Assembly (NCBI RefSeq): GCF_018977255.1
Contig: NW_024705410.1
Location: forward strand, 1-47,218
Reading direction: 5' to 3'
Source of the DNA: Callorhinchus milii
Taxonomy: Eukaryota
Length of the DNA stretch: 47,218 nt
Positions 22,507 through 34,296 of this stretch are shown one piece after another. Position numbers and translations under genes: made by a program. The number at the start of each line of letters is the position of its first letter. Position 1 is the first letter of the stretch. Under the pieces are notes generated by a model. That model searched no databases and was not told where the DNA came from. It saw only the letters and a program-made list of their open reading frames with translations.

Positions 22507-25500
22507 ATGTCAAAACAGCTCAGGAGGAAGACCGTCCCTGCACCATCTTCTGCAGCATCTTCTGACGACGACCTCCCTCCAGCGGTGGCGCTACCGACGA
22601 TGGAGGAGGAAAGCGGCGCGGGGACGAGCGGGGGTCCGGGTGTGCAGGACGTGGCCGCCTCGGTGGGCCCATCCGCGCGACTGGACGCTGAGGATGGATA
22701 TCGACAGGTGGCGGCGCAACTGGAGGCGCTGAAGACGGTGTTGGCGCAGTTGTGCGACCTTGTGACGCCGGCGACGACTTCGGGGAGGCCCGGCGGGGAA
22801 CAACGGGCCGGGGCCTTGCCGTCGCCATCAGCCCTCTCGACCACGCGGCACGAAGACGCCATCTTGGGCGTGGCCGAGGAGGAACGGCGGGAAGCCGCCA
22901 TCTTGCGCCCTCCGCCGCGGGAAGCCGCCATCTTGCACACGTTGCGGAATGACGCCATCTTGTCGCTGCCGCGTGAGTCACCATCGGCGGAGGACGGCGG
23001 AGCAAGAACCCGCAGCCGTCATTTAACAACGGTCAAAGAATTCTCCATCGGCGGCGATTGGAGCGCATTCGCCTGCCGTTTTCAAGCGGCCGTACGCTCC
23101 GCCAAATGGACGGACGCGGAGGCCCTGGAAGTCTTACCAACACTTCTCGACGACGAGTTCGTCCGGTTCTTCCGCTCCATCAAGGCCGACAAGAAGAAGA
23201 CGCTGCAGGGTGTCTTCGAGGAAATGGCGGATGCGTACGAGCCTCCAGACGATGCCCATCGTAGATTTGTTCAGCGCCAACGGGCGCCTGATGAATCGCC
23301 GGTGGCTTTCAGAGGCGCAGTTCTGGAACTGGCGATGGCAGCATACCCCGAGACGGAGCCGGATTTGTTGGAGCCCCTTGTGTTGGGCAAGATGCTGGAA
23401 TTGTCTAGAGACCTGGGGATCCCCATGCCGGTGTGCAGCCATGATAAATTGACGTCCCGTGCTGCGGCTAAGTGCTTGGACGCTCAATTTAATCTCCGAC
23501 GCTGGAAGCAGGTGTCAGCTTGGACGGGGGGCCCCATCGTTGAAGGCGGTGCTACGGGGTGGGATCCTAAGAAGGCAGTCTACGTTCCTGACGACAAGGG
23601 TCCGCAGGAGTTGACGGCCGCCTCCGCCCAGTGGCCTGCTCGGGGGGAACGGGGCCGAGGTCCGGCCGCCGGCGCGGGAGCGTCGGGACAGAGGGGGTGC
23701 CGCGCGCCGGAACGACGTGGAGTGTTTCCGCTGCGGCCGTAAGGGCCACTTCGCCAGGGACTGTTGGGCTCGCATCCCGGGGCCGCCCCAGCAGGAGGCC
23801 TCGACCACGGACGTCGCGCGAAAAGACCAGCCAGGACAGGCAAGTCGGTGCGCATCAGACACCCGGCAAGGCCTGTCACCTCATGCATCACCATCGCCGC
23901 GCGGTCCGTGTGTCGTTAACAACGAGGTGCCTCCGATTGACCCGTGTCGCTCGCTGACGCAATGGCGCCGATTGGCACGGAGGGTAGTTGCGGCCGCTAC
24001 GGGGTCGTCCACGGTACCGGGTTCTATTCAGGGGGTCGAGGTGCGTATTTTGGTGGACTCCGGTGCGTCCGCGACCATTATTTCGGATGTCATTTTCCAT
24101 CTTTTGGGCATTCCGCCAGGGAGAGTGCGAGCGGTTCATGCATAGCGGCGAACGGGGGAAGTATGGGCATTGTGGGCCAGGTGGACGCCAACATATTGAT
24201 TGGGGGGTGTCGGCTTCAGGGACCGTTTTTATCTCTAGGTCCCTCGCGGTACCCTGTTTGTTGGGGACTGATTTCCTGGCAAAAATGCCCATTCAAATAA
24301 GGGTGATCAAAATTGCATTGAATTACCAGGGGGGCGGAAAATTTCGTTCCTACCGTCGCCATGGGGCCGGCCTGCCCCTGTTTGCCAGGTGCAGGCGCTG
24401 TCCGAAGTATCTGTTGACATTCCACCTGGTTCGCAGATGCTTATCCCGTTGAGATATCGGAAGCCAGTACCTGGCGTTGAGGGAGCGGCGGGGGTTCTGT
24501 TATCGCCGTCCACGGCTATAACGGGCGGCTCGGCGCTGGTTGGGGCACAAACGATTGTCCGGCCGGGCCAGCCCCCGTTCTTACAGGTGCTAAATGGGAG
24601 TGCGGAGAATGTCAGTGTCCTGGCCGGAACGGTTTTGGCTCACGCCACGACCGCGTTCACGGCCCATGACAACCGGGCCGCCGGGACATGGTAGGGGGGT
24701 TTCGGGGCCTACGGGGCAGGATGACCGTTGGGTTGCCGAGTTATGTGGGGAGAATTCATCCCTGACCGGAGAACAACGGTCCGCGCTTCGCGCGCTGTTG
24801 CTAAGTTATTCCGACGTGTTCAGCTCGGATGATTTTGACTTGGGACGCACCTCCCTGCTTTCCCACCACATTGATACGGGGGATGCCGCTCCGATTCGGT
24901 TGAACTCGCATCGGTTGAGCCCGACGGAGCGGGATCAGGTTCGCGGTGCAGTGGAGGACATGCTGGCCGCTGACATAATATCCCCGTCTAACAGTCCATG
25001 GGGCGCGCCGGTAGTCCTTGTGAAGAAGAAGGATGGGAAACTGCGATTTTGCGTCGATTTTCGAAAATTGAACAAGGTGTCCGTCGCAGACGCGTACCCC
25101 TGCCGCGTATGGATGATTCCCTCGATGCCTTGTCTGGGGCGAAGTTTTTTTCAACGCTGGATCTCTCTTCGGGATTCTGGCAGCTTCCCCTCGACGAGTC
25201 CTCGAGGGAAAAGACGGCTTTCCGTACGCCGCAGGGACTGTTTCAGTTTAATTGCCTTCCGATGGGCTTGAATGCGGCCCCGCCACTTTTCAGCGGTTGA
25301 TGGAGCTGGTGTTAACGGGTCTGCAGTGGGAGACATGTTTGATTTATTTAGACGATGTCATCGTCTTTAGCCGCACATTTGACGAACATTTGCAGAGATT
25401 GGAGACGGTTTTTGCTAGGATGCGCTCCGCCAATTTAAAATTCAAACCGAAAAAGTGTCACCTACTGCAACGATCCGTGCGTTATTTGGGACACATAGTC

Positions 25501-27490
25501 AGTGCGGACGGGGTGGCCACGGACCCGGAGAAGACGGCGTGCGTCCGCAACTGGCCAACCCCGGCCTCGGTTGGGGACGTACGTCGCTTCCTGGGGTTCG
25601 CCTCATACTATCGCAGGTTCGTTCCGAACTTTGCTATGATCGCTAGGCCCTTGCACCTCCTTACGGGTAAGGGTCGGAGGTTCAGTTGGGGTCCGCCGGA
25701 GGAAGCGGCGTTTGAGGGCCTACGCGATCGGTTGGCGACGGCGCCGACATTGGACTATCCGGATTTTGATCGACCTTTTATTCTGGATACGGACGCTAGT
25801 GACACTGGGATCGGGGCCGTTCTGTCACAGTCCAAGGGCGGCGTGGAACGCGTGGTAGCCTACGGTAGCCGTGTGCTGTCCCCGGCAGAAACCCGCTACT
25901 GCGTTACTCGCCGCGAACTATTGGCTATTGTCTATTTTCTCCGCCAATATCGGCCGTATCTTTACGGCCGTCGTTTATTGTGCGCACGGACCATGCGGCT
26001 CTGCAATATGCCCTGAGGGTTGACCAACCATCTGGCCAACTGGCACGATGGTTGGAGACCCTGCAGGAATTTTCCTTCGACATACAATATCGGAAGGGGT
26101 CGCGTCACGCGAATGCGGACGCACTCTCCAGATTACCGCAGGGGTCCCCTTGCGCTTGCGCGTCGGGTACGAATAGGTGTACGCCGGTTCAGCTACCCCC
26201 TCGGCCTGTCGTGTCAGCTGTCGAGGTGCCTGGGGCTCCGGTGTGCCCAGGACCGGCCGATGGGGTTCTGAACCTGCCGCGCTCGGTATGGATTCGCGAA
26301 CAATTGCTTGACGACTCGTTGGGGGCTTTACGGAGTCGGGCTGCGAAGGGAGCGGGGAGATTGCTGTCCGGTGGGACGCCGGGGGCCGCTCTCCGGGATG
26401 GTTTGCTCATGTGGAGGGAGGGATTGCATGACCGCTGGCGTCTGGTGTAGTTCCGGTACGAATTGATTCGGACTCTGCACGGCGACACTTTATTACATCT
26501 CGGGGTGCAGAAGACTTTGTTAACATTGCAGCGAGACTACTTCTGGCACGGCATGACGACGGATGTCGTCGGACACATTCGGGCGTGTCCCGAGTGTGCC
26601 CGGCGGAAGCCGCCTAAAAACCCTTACGTGCCGCCGGTGCAGTCTATACAGGTGTCTCGAATCAACGAGTTGGTGGCGCTGGATATTTTGGGACCTTTCC
26701 CGCCATCCGCTAGGGGTAATAAATATTTGCTGGTCGGGTGGAATATCTTTCCCGCTGGCCGATGGCTTGGCCCTTACCCGACCAGTCGGCGGCGTCTATC
26801 ACGGACGCCTTCCTATTTGGATATGTGCTGGACAAAGGGGCGCCGGAGAGGCTACTCACGGATCAGGGGCGAAATTTTTCTTCCAAATTGTTGGCGGAAG
26901 TGTGCGCTGCTCTGGGAACCAAGAAGGTTCGTACGTCTCCTTACCACCCGCAGACGGATGGCATGGTGGAACGCTTAATCGGACGCTGTCGGCCATGCTA
27001 TGTCACACGGTTGACGAGAAACAAGCTGATTGGGACTTGCATATACCTGGGGTACTCTCCGCGTATCGGATGACGCCTCATGCGTCCACAGGGTATTCTC
27101 CATTTTTTCTAATGTACGGCCGCGAGAATGTGCCGCCGGTGGAAGTACAGCTGGGTACGGGGGCGAAGGGTCCTGTTAAACCTCTCCCCGAGTACATTCA
27201 GGACACTGTTCGACGCGTCGCCGAGGCACGGGAGGGGGCCCGATTGGCTACTGCCAAGACTCAGGCGCGAAACGAGCGTTGCGCCCGGCGCTCGACCGGT
27301 ACATGCCCCTGGCGAGTGGGGGACATGGCATGGCTGCACTGCCCGCAGGTGCGGCCGGGGACCTCCCCTAAGCTTCACAAACCATGGCAGGGGCCGGTTA
27401 AGCTTATTGAAGTCCCTAACCCGCAATCCGCACGGGTTCGGTTCGGATCGCGGCGCTGGTACGTTCATACGTCTAGGTTGAAGCCCTACG
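22507..27490 (+). pseudogene. Gypsy element 1 gag-pol (frameshifted; in-frame TAG at 26448)
   Basis: gag from ATG 22507; CFRCGRKGHFARDC knuckle; ILVDSGAS protease; [22 protein letters not shown] and YLDDVIVFS RT; ILDTDASD RNase H; HLGVQKT..CPEC zinc finger; LDILGP, TDQG and TSPYHPQTDGMVER integrase. Confidence 0.93.
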
Positions 27491-28038
27491 TGGCCCCGCG
27501 GACGGATGCGTCATCCCCTGATGTTGCCTTGCCGGTGTCTGTTGCACCCGACGCACCTCTGCCCTTGCCTGTTGACTCTGCAAGCGCGCCTGTCGTGCCT
27601 TCTACAGACGAACCAGCCGTGACGCAGGCGGATGTGGCGAATCCTGCTCTGGGTGGGCCTACCACGGCGACGGGGCCACTTGACCCCGCTGCCCCTCCAA
27701 CCCCACCACAGACACGGTTGCCAGAGACCCCGGACTTGGGTCTCTCTGGGGAACGGGACCTTGGCGTTGACGGGCCTCCAACAGCGGCGGGCGGTTCTAC
27801 TCCCGTCGATCTTAAAACCCCGTCGCGTTCTCGGTCTGTGGGGGGACCGCCGCCCGTTCGGACGGGCCGGCGACCCGCACGCGTTCCAAATCCCTTTCCT
27901 TTCGTTGATTGTTCTTGTTGTTATCGTTGTTATATTCTCCGTTGTCCAGTGATGCCAGATGGTTACAATGTTGCTCGCATTATTTTATTATATTTATTGC
28001 AGCCGGGGACGGCTGGGTTTTCATTAGGGGGGGGGTCG

Positions 28039-28519
28039 TGTAATGCGAGCAAGGATTGAGGGGGGCGGAGTCTGGGTCACGTGGGGAGTGGGTGGAGTTA
28101 GGGTCACGTGGGAGAGAGGATTTAGGGGAGAACCGGAAGGGAAAGGGGAGTTGAGATGGAGTGAAACAGGAGGAGGCCACGCTGGGCAGGACAAAGAGAG
28201 TGGCGCGGTCGCCACGCGGTGGGAGACGTCGACACCGTCAGCCATCGGTGTCAGACGCAGAGAGCTAGCGGCTGTGGGAAGCTAGATAGCGGAGCAGTGG
28301 TGTGGCTGCAAGGTGGAGCAGCAGGGAGACTGCCTAACGGAGCAGCAGGGAGACTGCATATCGGAGCAGCAGGGAGACTGCATATCGGAGCAGCCGAGTG
28401 GCTGTGGAGAGATCGTCGGGAGGGACGCGGGCCTGAGCGAGGACGCCGTGGTAACGAGATTTTACGAACCCAATAAAGGACAACGGAGATCGACATCTGA
28501 GAGAGAGTCCTTTATTACA
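28039..28519 (+). repeat. 3' LTR of Gypsy element 1 (481 bp)
   Basis: Follows the G-run PPT; direct repeat of the 5' LTR with fewer internal tandem units. Confidence 0.95.
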
Positions 28520-28709
28520 CATGTGAATGTCACTGTTACTTTTCAAGCACAAAGTATGATGAGTAAAAATAGTATTGTGATAGTATGGAATGTGAAAAGG
28601 TGAGTGATGAGAATTTTCCAGGAACTTTGTGAGTATTTCTACAGTTGACCCACTCAATCGAGATGCATATACATAGACAATTTTATTTCACAAAAGAACC
28701 ATAATTATA

Positions 28710-29524
28710 CAGGATGATATGTCTTGGAGGAGCTGGACATTTAATTAAAATCAATTGAGGCAATGCCGTTGCATATACGGTATTGCCTAGGTATTCACCA
28801 ACATGCTTTCCGCAACACCACTGCATTGAGAGAGAGTGAGGAAGACAGCGATGAGATAAAGTGATGAGAGAGAATGTGATGAGAGATAAAGAGACAACAT
28901 AAAGTGATGAGAGTGAATACGATGATAGATAAAGTGATGAGAGCGAATGTGATGCATCACCTATCAGCCCTTGCTTGTCTATGTTCAGATATTCCTATGC
29001 ATGAGCAGTAACGACATCACACCGATTATCATATCGTCTTCCTCATCATCATCGTCATCAGCATCATCGTTACTGTATCCTTCTATTGCGCAGCATATTT
29101 TTCATCATCATCATAATGTATGGTAAGTTTATTTATAAATTATTATTTTATATTTTAACGTGGATTTGTACTTTCTTTGTTTATTATAAAGAAAACTAAT
29201 ATTTGATAATTTGCATGTATTCAATAGCTTAATTACGTTTTTATTAAAGCTAATTCATTATAAGATAATTTAATTCATAAAAAATATGCGAAATTTGCTA
29301 TTCACGAAAATCTCCAGAACGTATCCCTCCTCACGAATAACGAGGGAATGTTGTGCAGGCATATGACGTAATCACACACTTCATAGGGGATATTTATCAA
29401 CTCCCTCATCTCTCTCTTGAGCCACACGCGAGTACAACAAATGTCCCAAGGCGTCATTCCTATACAACAGCATTTCTTAAGTTGATTTAGTTAAAGTTCA
29501 GCTCCTCCAAGACATATCAACCTG
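28710..29524. mobile_element. Non-autonomous TIR element (MITE, Tc1/mariner-like ends)
   Basis: About 60-bp imperfect inverted repeats: CAGGATGATATGTCTTGGAGGAGCTGGAC... at 28710 and ...GTTCAGCTCCTCCAAGACATATCAACCTG ending at 29524. The left flank is TA; there is no coding content. Confidence 0.7.
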
Positions 29525-30165
29525 AATAAAATTGATACATGGATGTAGTTATGCTGTCATTTAATTAAAGCGAGGTGTTTATCTCATGGTGCAAAATAGA
29601 GTGTGGCTGATCAGACAACAATTAACCACAATTATTGGAGATAAGTTGCCTTCGAAATGAGATGTGATGGCGTTGTTCTTCCACCTCCACTTGACTGGAA
29701 ATTATACCATTGAAGAGAGTGCCTCTCGACCTGCAGAATTTATACTTAAACTCATGGCAACAATTTAGATCACAACACGCCTGGGAGTTGAGAAATTACT
29801 TTATGAAACGCAGAAGCTCAAACATAATCAGAACAAAGCCAAGAAGTTCAGTGATCTAATTGGAAAGGAAGCTGCCTTCAACAACAGCCTCAATGGACCT
29901 TTTGGCATGACACATGCTGAAATCCTGAAGACAGGGTGTTCATTTTGCTACAGCTGGAAGGACGTCGTGACATGACTGGAGTTGACAAAGGCCCTTGCTT
30001 TGAAGGAATCTGAGGCAGCAGTCTGAGCCATGAAGCTAGGCAAGTATAAGTAGCAAGAGGACAAGGAAAGGGAGGTCTATGAAGACAGCTAGTCTTCTTG
30101 GTTCTTTCGGTAAAGTCACGTAGAAGGGAAGTAATAAAATAATAAAAATAAAACATATAAAATTA

Positions 30166-30214
30166 TTCTCACGACGTTTCGGCCACAACGCAAGCAGCCG
30201 TCCTCAGGTGAAAA
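30166..30214 (-). ncRNA. Minimal type I hammerhead ribozyme in Penelope pLTR
   Basis: Reverse complement TTTTCAC-CTGAGGA-CGGCTGCTTGCGTTGTGGCC-GAAA-CG-TC-GTGAGAA: stem I, CUGANGA core, stem II, GAAA and palindromic mini stem III. Confidence 0.85.
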
Positions 30215-30410
30215 CCAGGTCCGTCGAGGCGACAGAGTCTGAATGAAACAGCACACGAGCTTGGAGCATATATATAAGCTGGGCGCCTTGACAAAGGAAT
30301 TTGCATATCAAGAGGAATTTAGCATATTTATGGGAAATGCAGGAATGTGATTAGTACTACATATGCATGTGCATTATGCAGGATTAACAGCATCAAAGGG
30401 AGCTGCAGGT

Positions 30411-30570
30411 ACTGCTGCTGCTGCAGTTGCTGCTGCTGCAGCTGCTGCTGCAGTTGCTGCTGCTGCTGCAGTTGCTGCTGCTGCAGTTTCTGCTGCTGCT
30501 GCAGTTGCTGCTGCTGCAGTTGCTGCTGCTGCAGTTGCTGCTGCTGCTGCAGTTGCTGCTGCTGCAGTTG
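30411..30570. repeat. (CTG)n/(TGCTGCTGCAGT)n minisatellite within the Penelope 3' region
   Basis: Directly visible; mirrored as (GCA)n at about 35553-35713. Confidence 0.95.
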
Positions 30571-30744
30571 CTACCTTATCCATTTTAATGTAACACTATG
30601 TATTATTCTACCCACCCTAATGTGTATCACACTGCAATATATTTATTTACTATACAATTACGACACCATACATTACTCTGCACACTGCACCATGCCAGTG
30701 AGTGGAACGCGGTCTGAAGTCACCGTAAACGTGAACACAATCAG

Positions 30745-31382
30745 TTAAGATCCGAAATGGTTTATTACGTCCTTCCAATGATTGCTAAGCCAGAATCCAT
30801 CTTCTCGGTTGAAATTGTCTCTGTGTTTGTATATGTGGATCGCCTCATGAACGAATCTCTCATGATAGCCAGATGGCTTGCAGAGAACCTCTGTCTTGGA
30901 GAAGTCAATGTCATGTGAGCCCACTGAATTGTAACAGTGATCTGCCACGGCTGAGGTGTTTGTCCTACCGTGTTTCAGGTCTGCTTTATGTTCACGGATG
31001 CGGTCCGAGACATGTCGTTTGGTTTCTCCAATGTAACTGCTACCACAGAGGCAACTTAGTTTGTAGACGCCAGGGTACTGTATGTCTGGAACCACATCTT
31101 TTACAGACGGGACCAGATCACGGATTTTATGTACTGTGTTGAATCGGACCTGGATCTTGTGTTTAATCAGGATTTTGGAGATCTTTTTTGTGACCCCAGC
31201 AATGTAGGGTAAGGTGATGGTCTTGAAAGGCTCCTCAACAGGATCCTTCTTGATGGTTGGAGTGATGGCTTTGCGGATTGTGTAGTCGGAGTAACCATTA
31301 GCCTTAAGAGCTTGGCGTACGTGTTTGAGTTCACTGGCAATGTGTTCCTGGTCGGAAATGCATTGGGCTCTATGGTATAGAG
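30745..31382 (-). pseudogene. Penelope RT thumb, linker and GIY-YIG endonuclease
   Basis: LYHRAQCISD..LKANGY..TLPYIAGV..GVYKLSCLCGSSYIGETKRHVSDRIREH..SAVADHC..EAIHI..NFNREDG; stop at 30745. Confidence 0.92.
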
Positions 31383-32806
31383 CAGGGGTCCTCAAACTTT
31401 TTAAACAGGGGGCCAGTTCACTGTCCCTCAGACCGTTGGAGGGCCGGACTATAGTTAAAAAAAAACTATGAACAAATTCCTATGCACACTGCATATATCT
31501 TATTTTGAAGTGAAGAAACAAAACGGGAACAAATACAATATTTAAAATGAAGAACAAGTAAAGTTAAATCAACAAACTTGCCAGTATTTCAATGGGAACT
31601 ATGGGCCTGCTTTTGGCTAATGAGATGGTCAATGTCCGGTTCCATATTTGTCACTGCTAGTCGTAACAAGTGATGCAAGTGTGCATCCATTAGTCTAGAT
31701 CTGGTTGGAGATTTCAAATGTTTCATTCTGGAAAAAGTCTGTTCACAGACATAAGTGCTGCCAAAGATGGTTGCCATTTTGAGTGCATGGTTCCTGAGAT
31801 GAGGATATGTCTCAGAGGGGAGAGATGCATAGAAATTATGAAGGCTGCTTGACTTGAATGCGTCTTTCAGAGAGTCACAATTCTGCAGTTCAGCCAGTTC
31901 CATTTGGTAAATTGTATCCACATTTTCAATGTCAATAGAAAATGGGTTACGGAAAAGCTGTATGTCCTGTTCATGGAGATGAAGCTCTTTAAATCCAAAT
32001 TGGAACTCCTTTTGCAATTTTTCCAGTGAATCCACACGTTTTGTTTGGGAATGCAACCAATGGTTTTTCCGCTAACAGATTTTGAGTTGTGGGGAGATGG
32101 CAGAAGTTTTCCTCCTTCACTTGTTTGATGAGGAGGCCTAATATTACTTCAAATGCTTTGACATGTGATTGCATATCACAGATGAGCTTCCCCTTTCCTT
32201 GAAGTTGCACATTGAAACTGTTGAGTAGCTCTGTTACATCTGTCAGAAAGGCAAGGTGCCATTTCCATTCTGCATCATTGAGCTCTGGTACTTCTTTGTT
32301 TTTTTAAAGCAGAAAAGCTGTAATCTGTGGAAGTAAGTCATAGAAACGTTTCAAAACTCTCCCTCGACTCAGCCAACGGACTTCTGTGTGATACAGAACA
32401 TCTTCATAGTCAACATTTAGCTCAGACAGAAATGCCTGAAATTGTCTGTGGTTTAGTGCATGAGCTCTAATGAAGTTAACACAAGATACCACAAATTTCA
32501 TAACCGAGTCCCACTTCAGTGATTTACTACACAGCGCTTGTTGGTGGATGAGGCAGTGTATGGCTATTGGATGAGAATGGTTATGTTTGTCCATCTCTTG
32601 GTTAATGCGAGCAATTACTCCTTTCTTAGACCCCACCATGCTAGGAGCACCATCAGTTGTCACACTGGCTAGTTTAGCCCAGTTCAGCTCCAAACCATTC
32701 ACAGTTTGGCAAACCTTTTCATAGATATCCTCTCTTCTTGGTTCTTTCGGTAAAGTCACGTAGAAGGGAAGTAATAAAATAATAAAAATAAAACATAATA
32801 AAATAA

Positions 32807-32855
32807 TTCTCACGACGTTTCGGCCACAACGCAAGCAGCCGTCCTCAGGTGAAAG
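32807..32855 (-). ncRNA. Minimal type I hammerhead ribozyme in Penelope pLTR
   Basis: Reverse complement CTTTCAC-CTGAGGA-CGGCTGCTTGCGTTGTGGCC-GAAA-CG-TC-GTGAGAA. Confidence 0.82.
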
Positions 32856-33200
32856 CCAGGTCTGTCGGGGAGACAGCGTCTGAATGAAACAGCACACGAG
32901 CTTGGAGCATATATAAGCTGGGTTGGAAACGGGGGAAAGAGCGCCTTGACAAAATAATTTGCATATCAAGAGGAATTTAGCATATTTATGGGACATGCAG
33001 GAATGTTATTAGTACTACATATGCAGCACGGGCATATGTAGTACTAATCACATTCCTGCATTTCCCATAAATATGCTAAATTCCTCTTGATATTGAAATT
33101 ATTTTGTCAAGGCGCTCTTTCCCCCGCTTCCAACCCAGCTTATATATGCTCCAAGCTCGTGTGCTGTTTCATTCAGACGCTGTCTCCCCAACAGACCTGG

Positions 33201-33249
33201 TTTTCACCTGAGGACGGCTGCTTGCGTTGTGGCCGAAACGTCGTGAGAA
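33201..33249 (+). ncRNA. Minimal type I hammerhead ribozyme in Penelope pLTR
   Basis: TTTTCAC-CTGAGGA-CGGCTGCTTGCGTTGTGGCC-GAAA-CG-TC^GTGAGAA; predicted cleavage after C33242. Confidence 0.85.
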
Positions 33250-34296
33250 TTATTTTATTACTTCCCTTCTATGTGACTTTACCGAAAGAACCAAGAAGAT
33301 GAATCCCTGCAGTCACGAAAGCTTTAAATCGAAAGATATCCTCTCCTGTAGTTGTTCCTTTGATGCTTTGCAGTGCAGCAAGCTCTTCTGTGACTTCGAA
33401 ATAGTCATTCGTCGCACGAATAAAAATTTGAAGTTGTGCAGAATCACGAACATCATTGCTTTCGTCGAGTGCCAAGGAAAAATAGGAAAGTTTTTTTGTG
33501 GAGTTTTGCAAATGCTGATGCAAATTGTCTCCCATTTCTTCAATCCTCCGTGTAATTGTAGGTCCTGAAAGACTCACTGTACTAAATAAATCGGCCTTCT
33601 CTGGACACATCTCTTTGGCAACAGAAAGAAGGCATTCTTTAACAAATTCTCCCTCCACGAATGGTCTGCCAGTGCACGCTATTAGCTTGGCAACTTGAAA
33701 ACTTGCTCGCAGTGATGAAATATTTAGCTGCTTCTGCTTCACAAAACTATTTCGCTGAGTTGTTAATGTATTTTTCAGTTTTAATATTTTATCTTTTCTC
33801 ACTTCTCCGACCAAACAAGCATATTTATCTTTATGTTGAGTTTTATAGTGTTGACGTAAATTGTATTCTTTGAACACAGACACTATATTCTGGCATATCA
33901 GACACACAGCTCTTTCCTTGTACTGCATGAAAAAGTAATCATAAGTCCACTGTTCTTTGAATATCCTACACTCCGAGTCAATTTTTCTCTTTCTTGACAT
34001 CATTGTTTCCTAGGGAGTCAAAATTGCTATTAGTAAAATACCAATATATATACAGCGCTACAAAAACAATATACCAGCAATAACTTTGCCCACACAGAGA
34101 CATACAGACTGCACTGCCCATCAATGCAGTCTGATTGGGGGAAACTCCGCCCCCTCTCCCTCTTCCACCAATGACCGTCCTTCTCATGTAGAAAAAAAGT
34201 AACAGACAGGCAGCGGCGGCAAAAACACCCGGCGGGCCGGATAAATGTCCTCGGCGGGCCGCATGTGGCCCGCGGGCCGTAGTTTGAGGACCCCTG

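Larger units (their letters stand above)
21946..28519 (+). mobile_element. Full-length Ty3/Gypsy LTR retrotransposon (element 1) in a GBP intron
   Basis: LTRs at 21946-22484 and 28039-28519 (TGTAAT...ATTACA), a 4-bp TSD CATG (21942-21945 and 28520-28523), a PBS, a G-run PPT, and gag-PR-RT-RH-IN domain order. Confidence 0.97.
32735..33333. mobile_element. Palindromic mini-Penelope insertion (two inverted pLTR ends) in the hAT transposase
   Basis: 12-bp TSD AGATATCCTCTC (32723-32734 and 33334-33345). Arms of about 270-290 bp meet at ...TACATATGC AGCACGG GCATATGTA... Confidence 0.93.
31589..34003 (-). pseudogene. hAT transposase, about 600 codons once the nested insertion is removed; frameshifted
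   Basis: MSRKRKIDSECRIFKEQW..CLIC..NLRQHY (zinc finger); FSLALDESND; TTDGAPSMVG; HCLIHQQALC; EVRWLSRG; FGSTYVCEQTFSRMK (dimerisation domain). GEDI|YEKV is split by the 32735-33333 insertion. Confidence 0.93.
31383..34296 (-). mobile_element. hAT DNA transposon of the SPIN/OC1 (GTF2IRD2-like transposase) group, inserted in the Penelope RT
   Basis: Perfect 16-bp TIRs CAGGGGTCCTCAAACT (31383-31398 and 34281-34296) and an 8-bp TSD GTATAGAG (31375-31382 and 34297-34304). Confidence 0.96.

Noticed and set aside
26563..26975. N-terminal part of the 498-aa ORF as an extra or env-like gene
   Set aside because: It is an out-of-frame reading of integrase; only the part after about 26975 is the true integrase frame. 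No env features are present.
30347..30748. Cys-rich (metallothionein- or keratin-associated-like) and poly-Ala (antifreeze-like) ORFs, also at 35391-35780
   Set aside because: They are translations of the CTG/CAG minisatellite inside Penelope ends; they are open in several frames on both strands and have no gene context.
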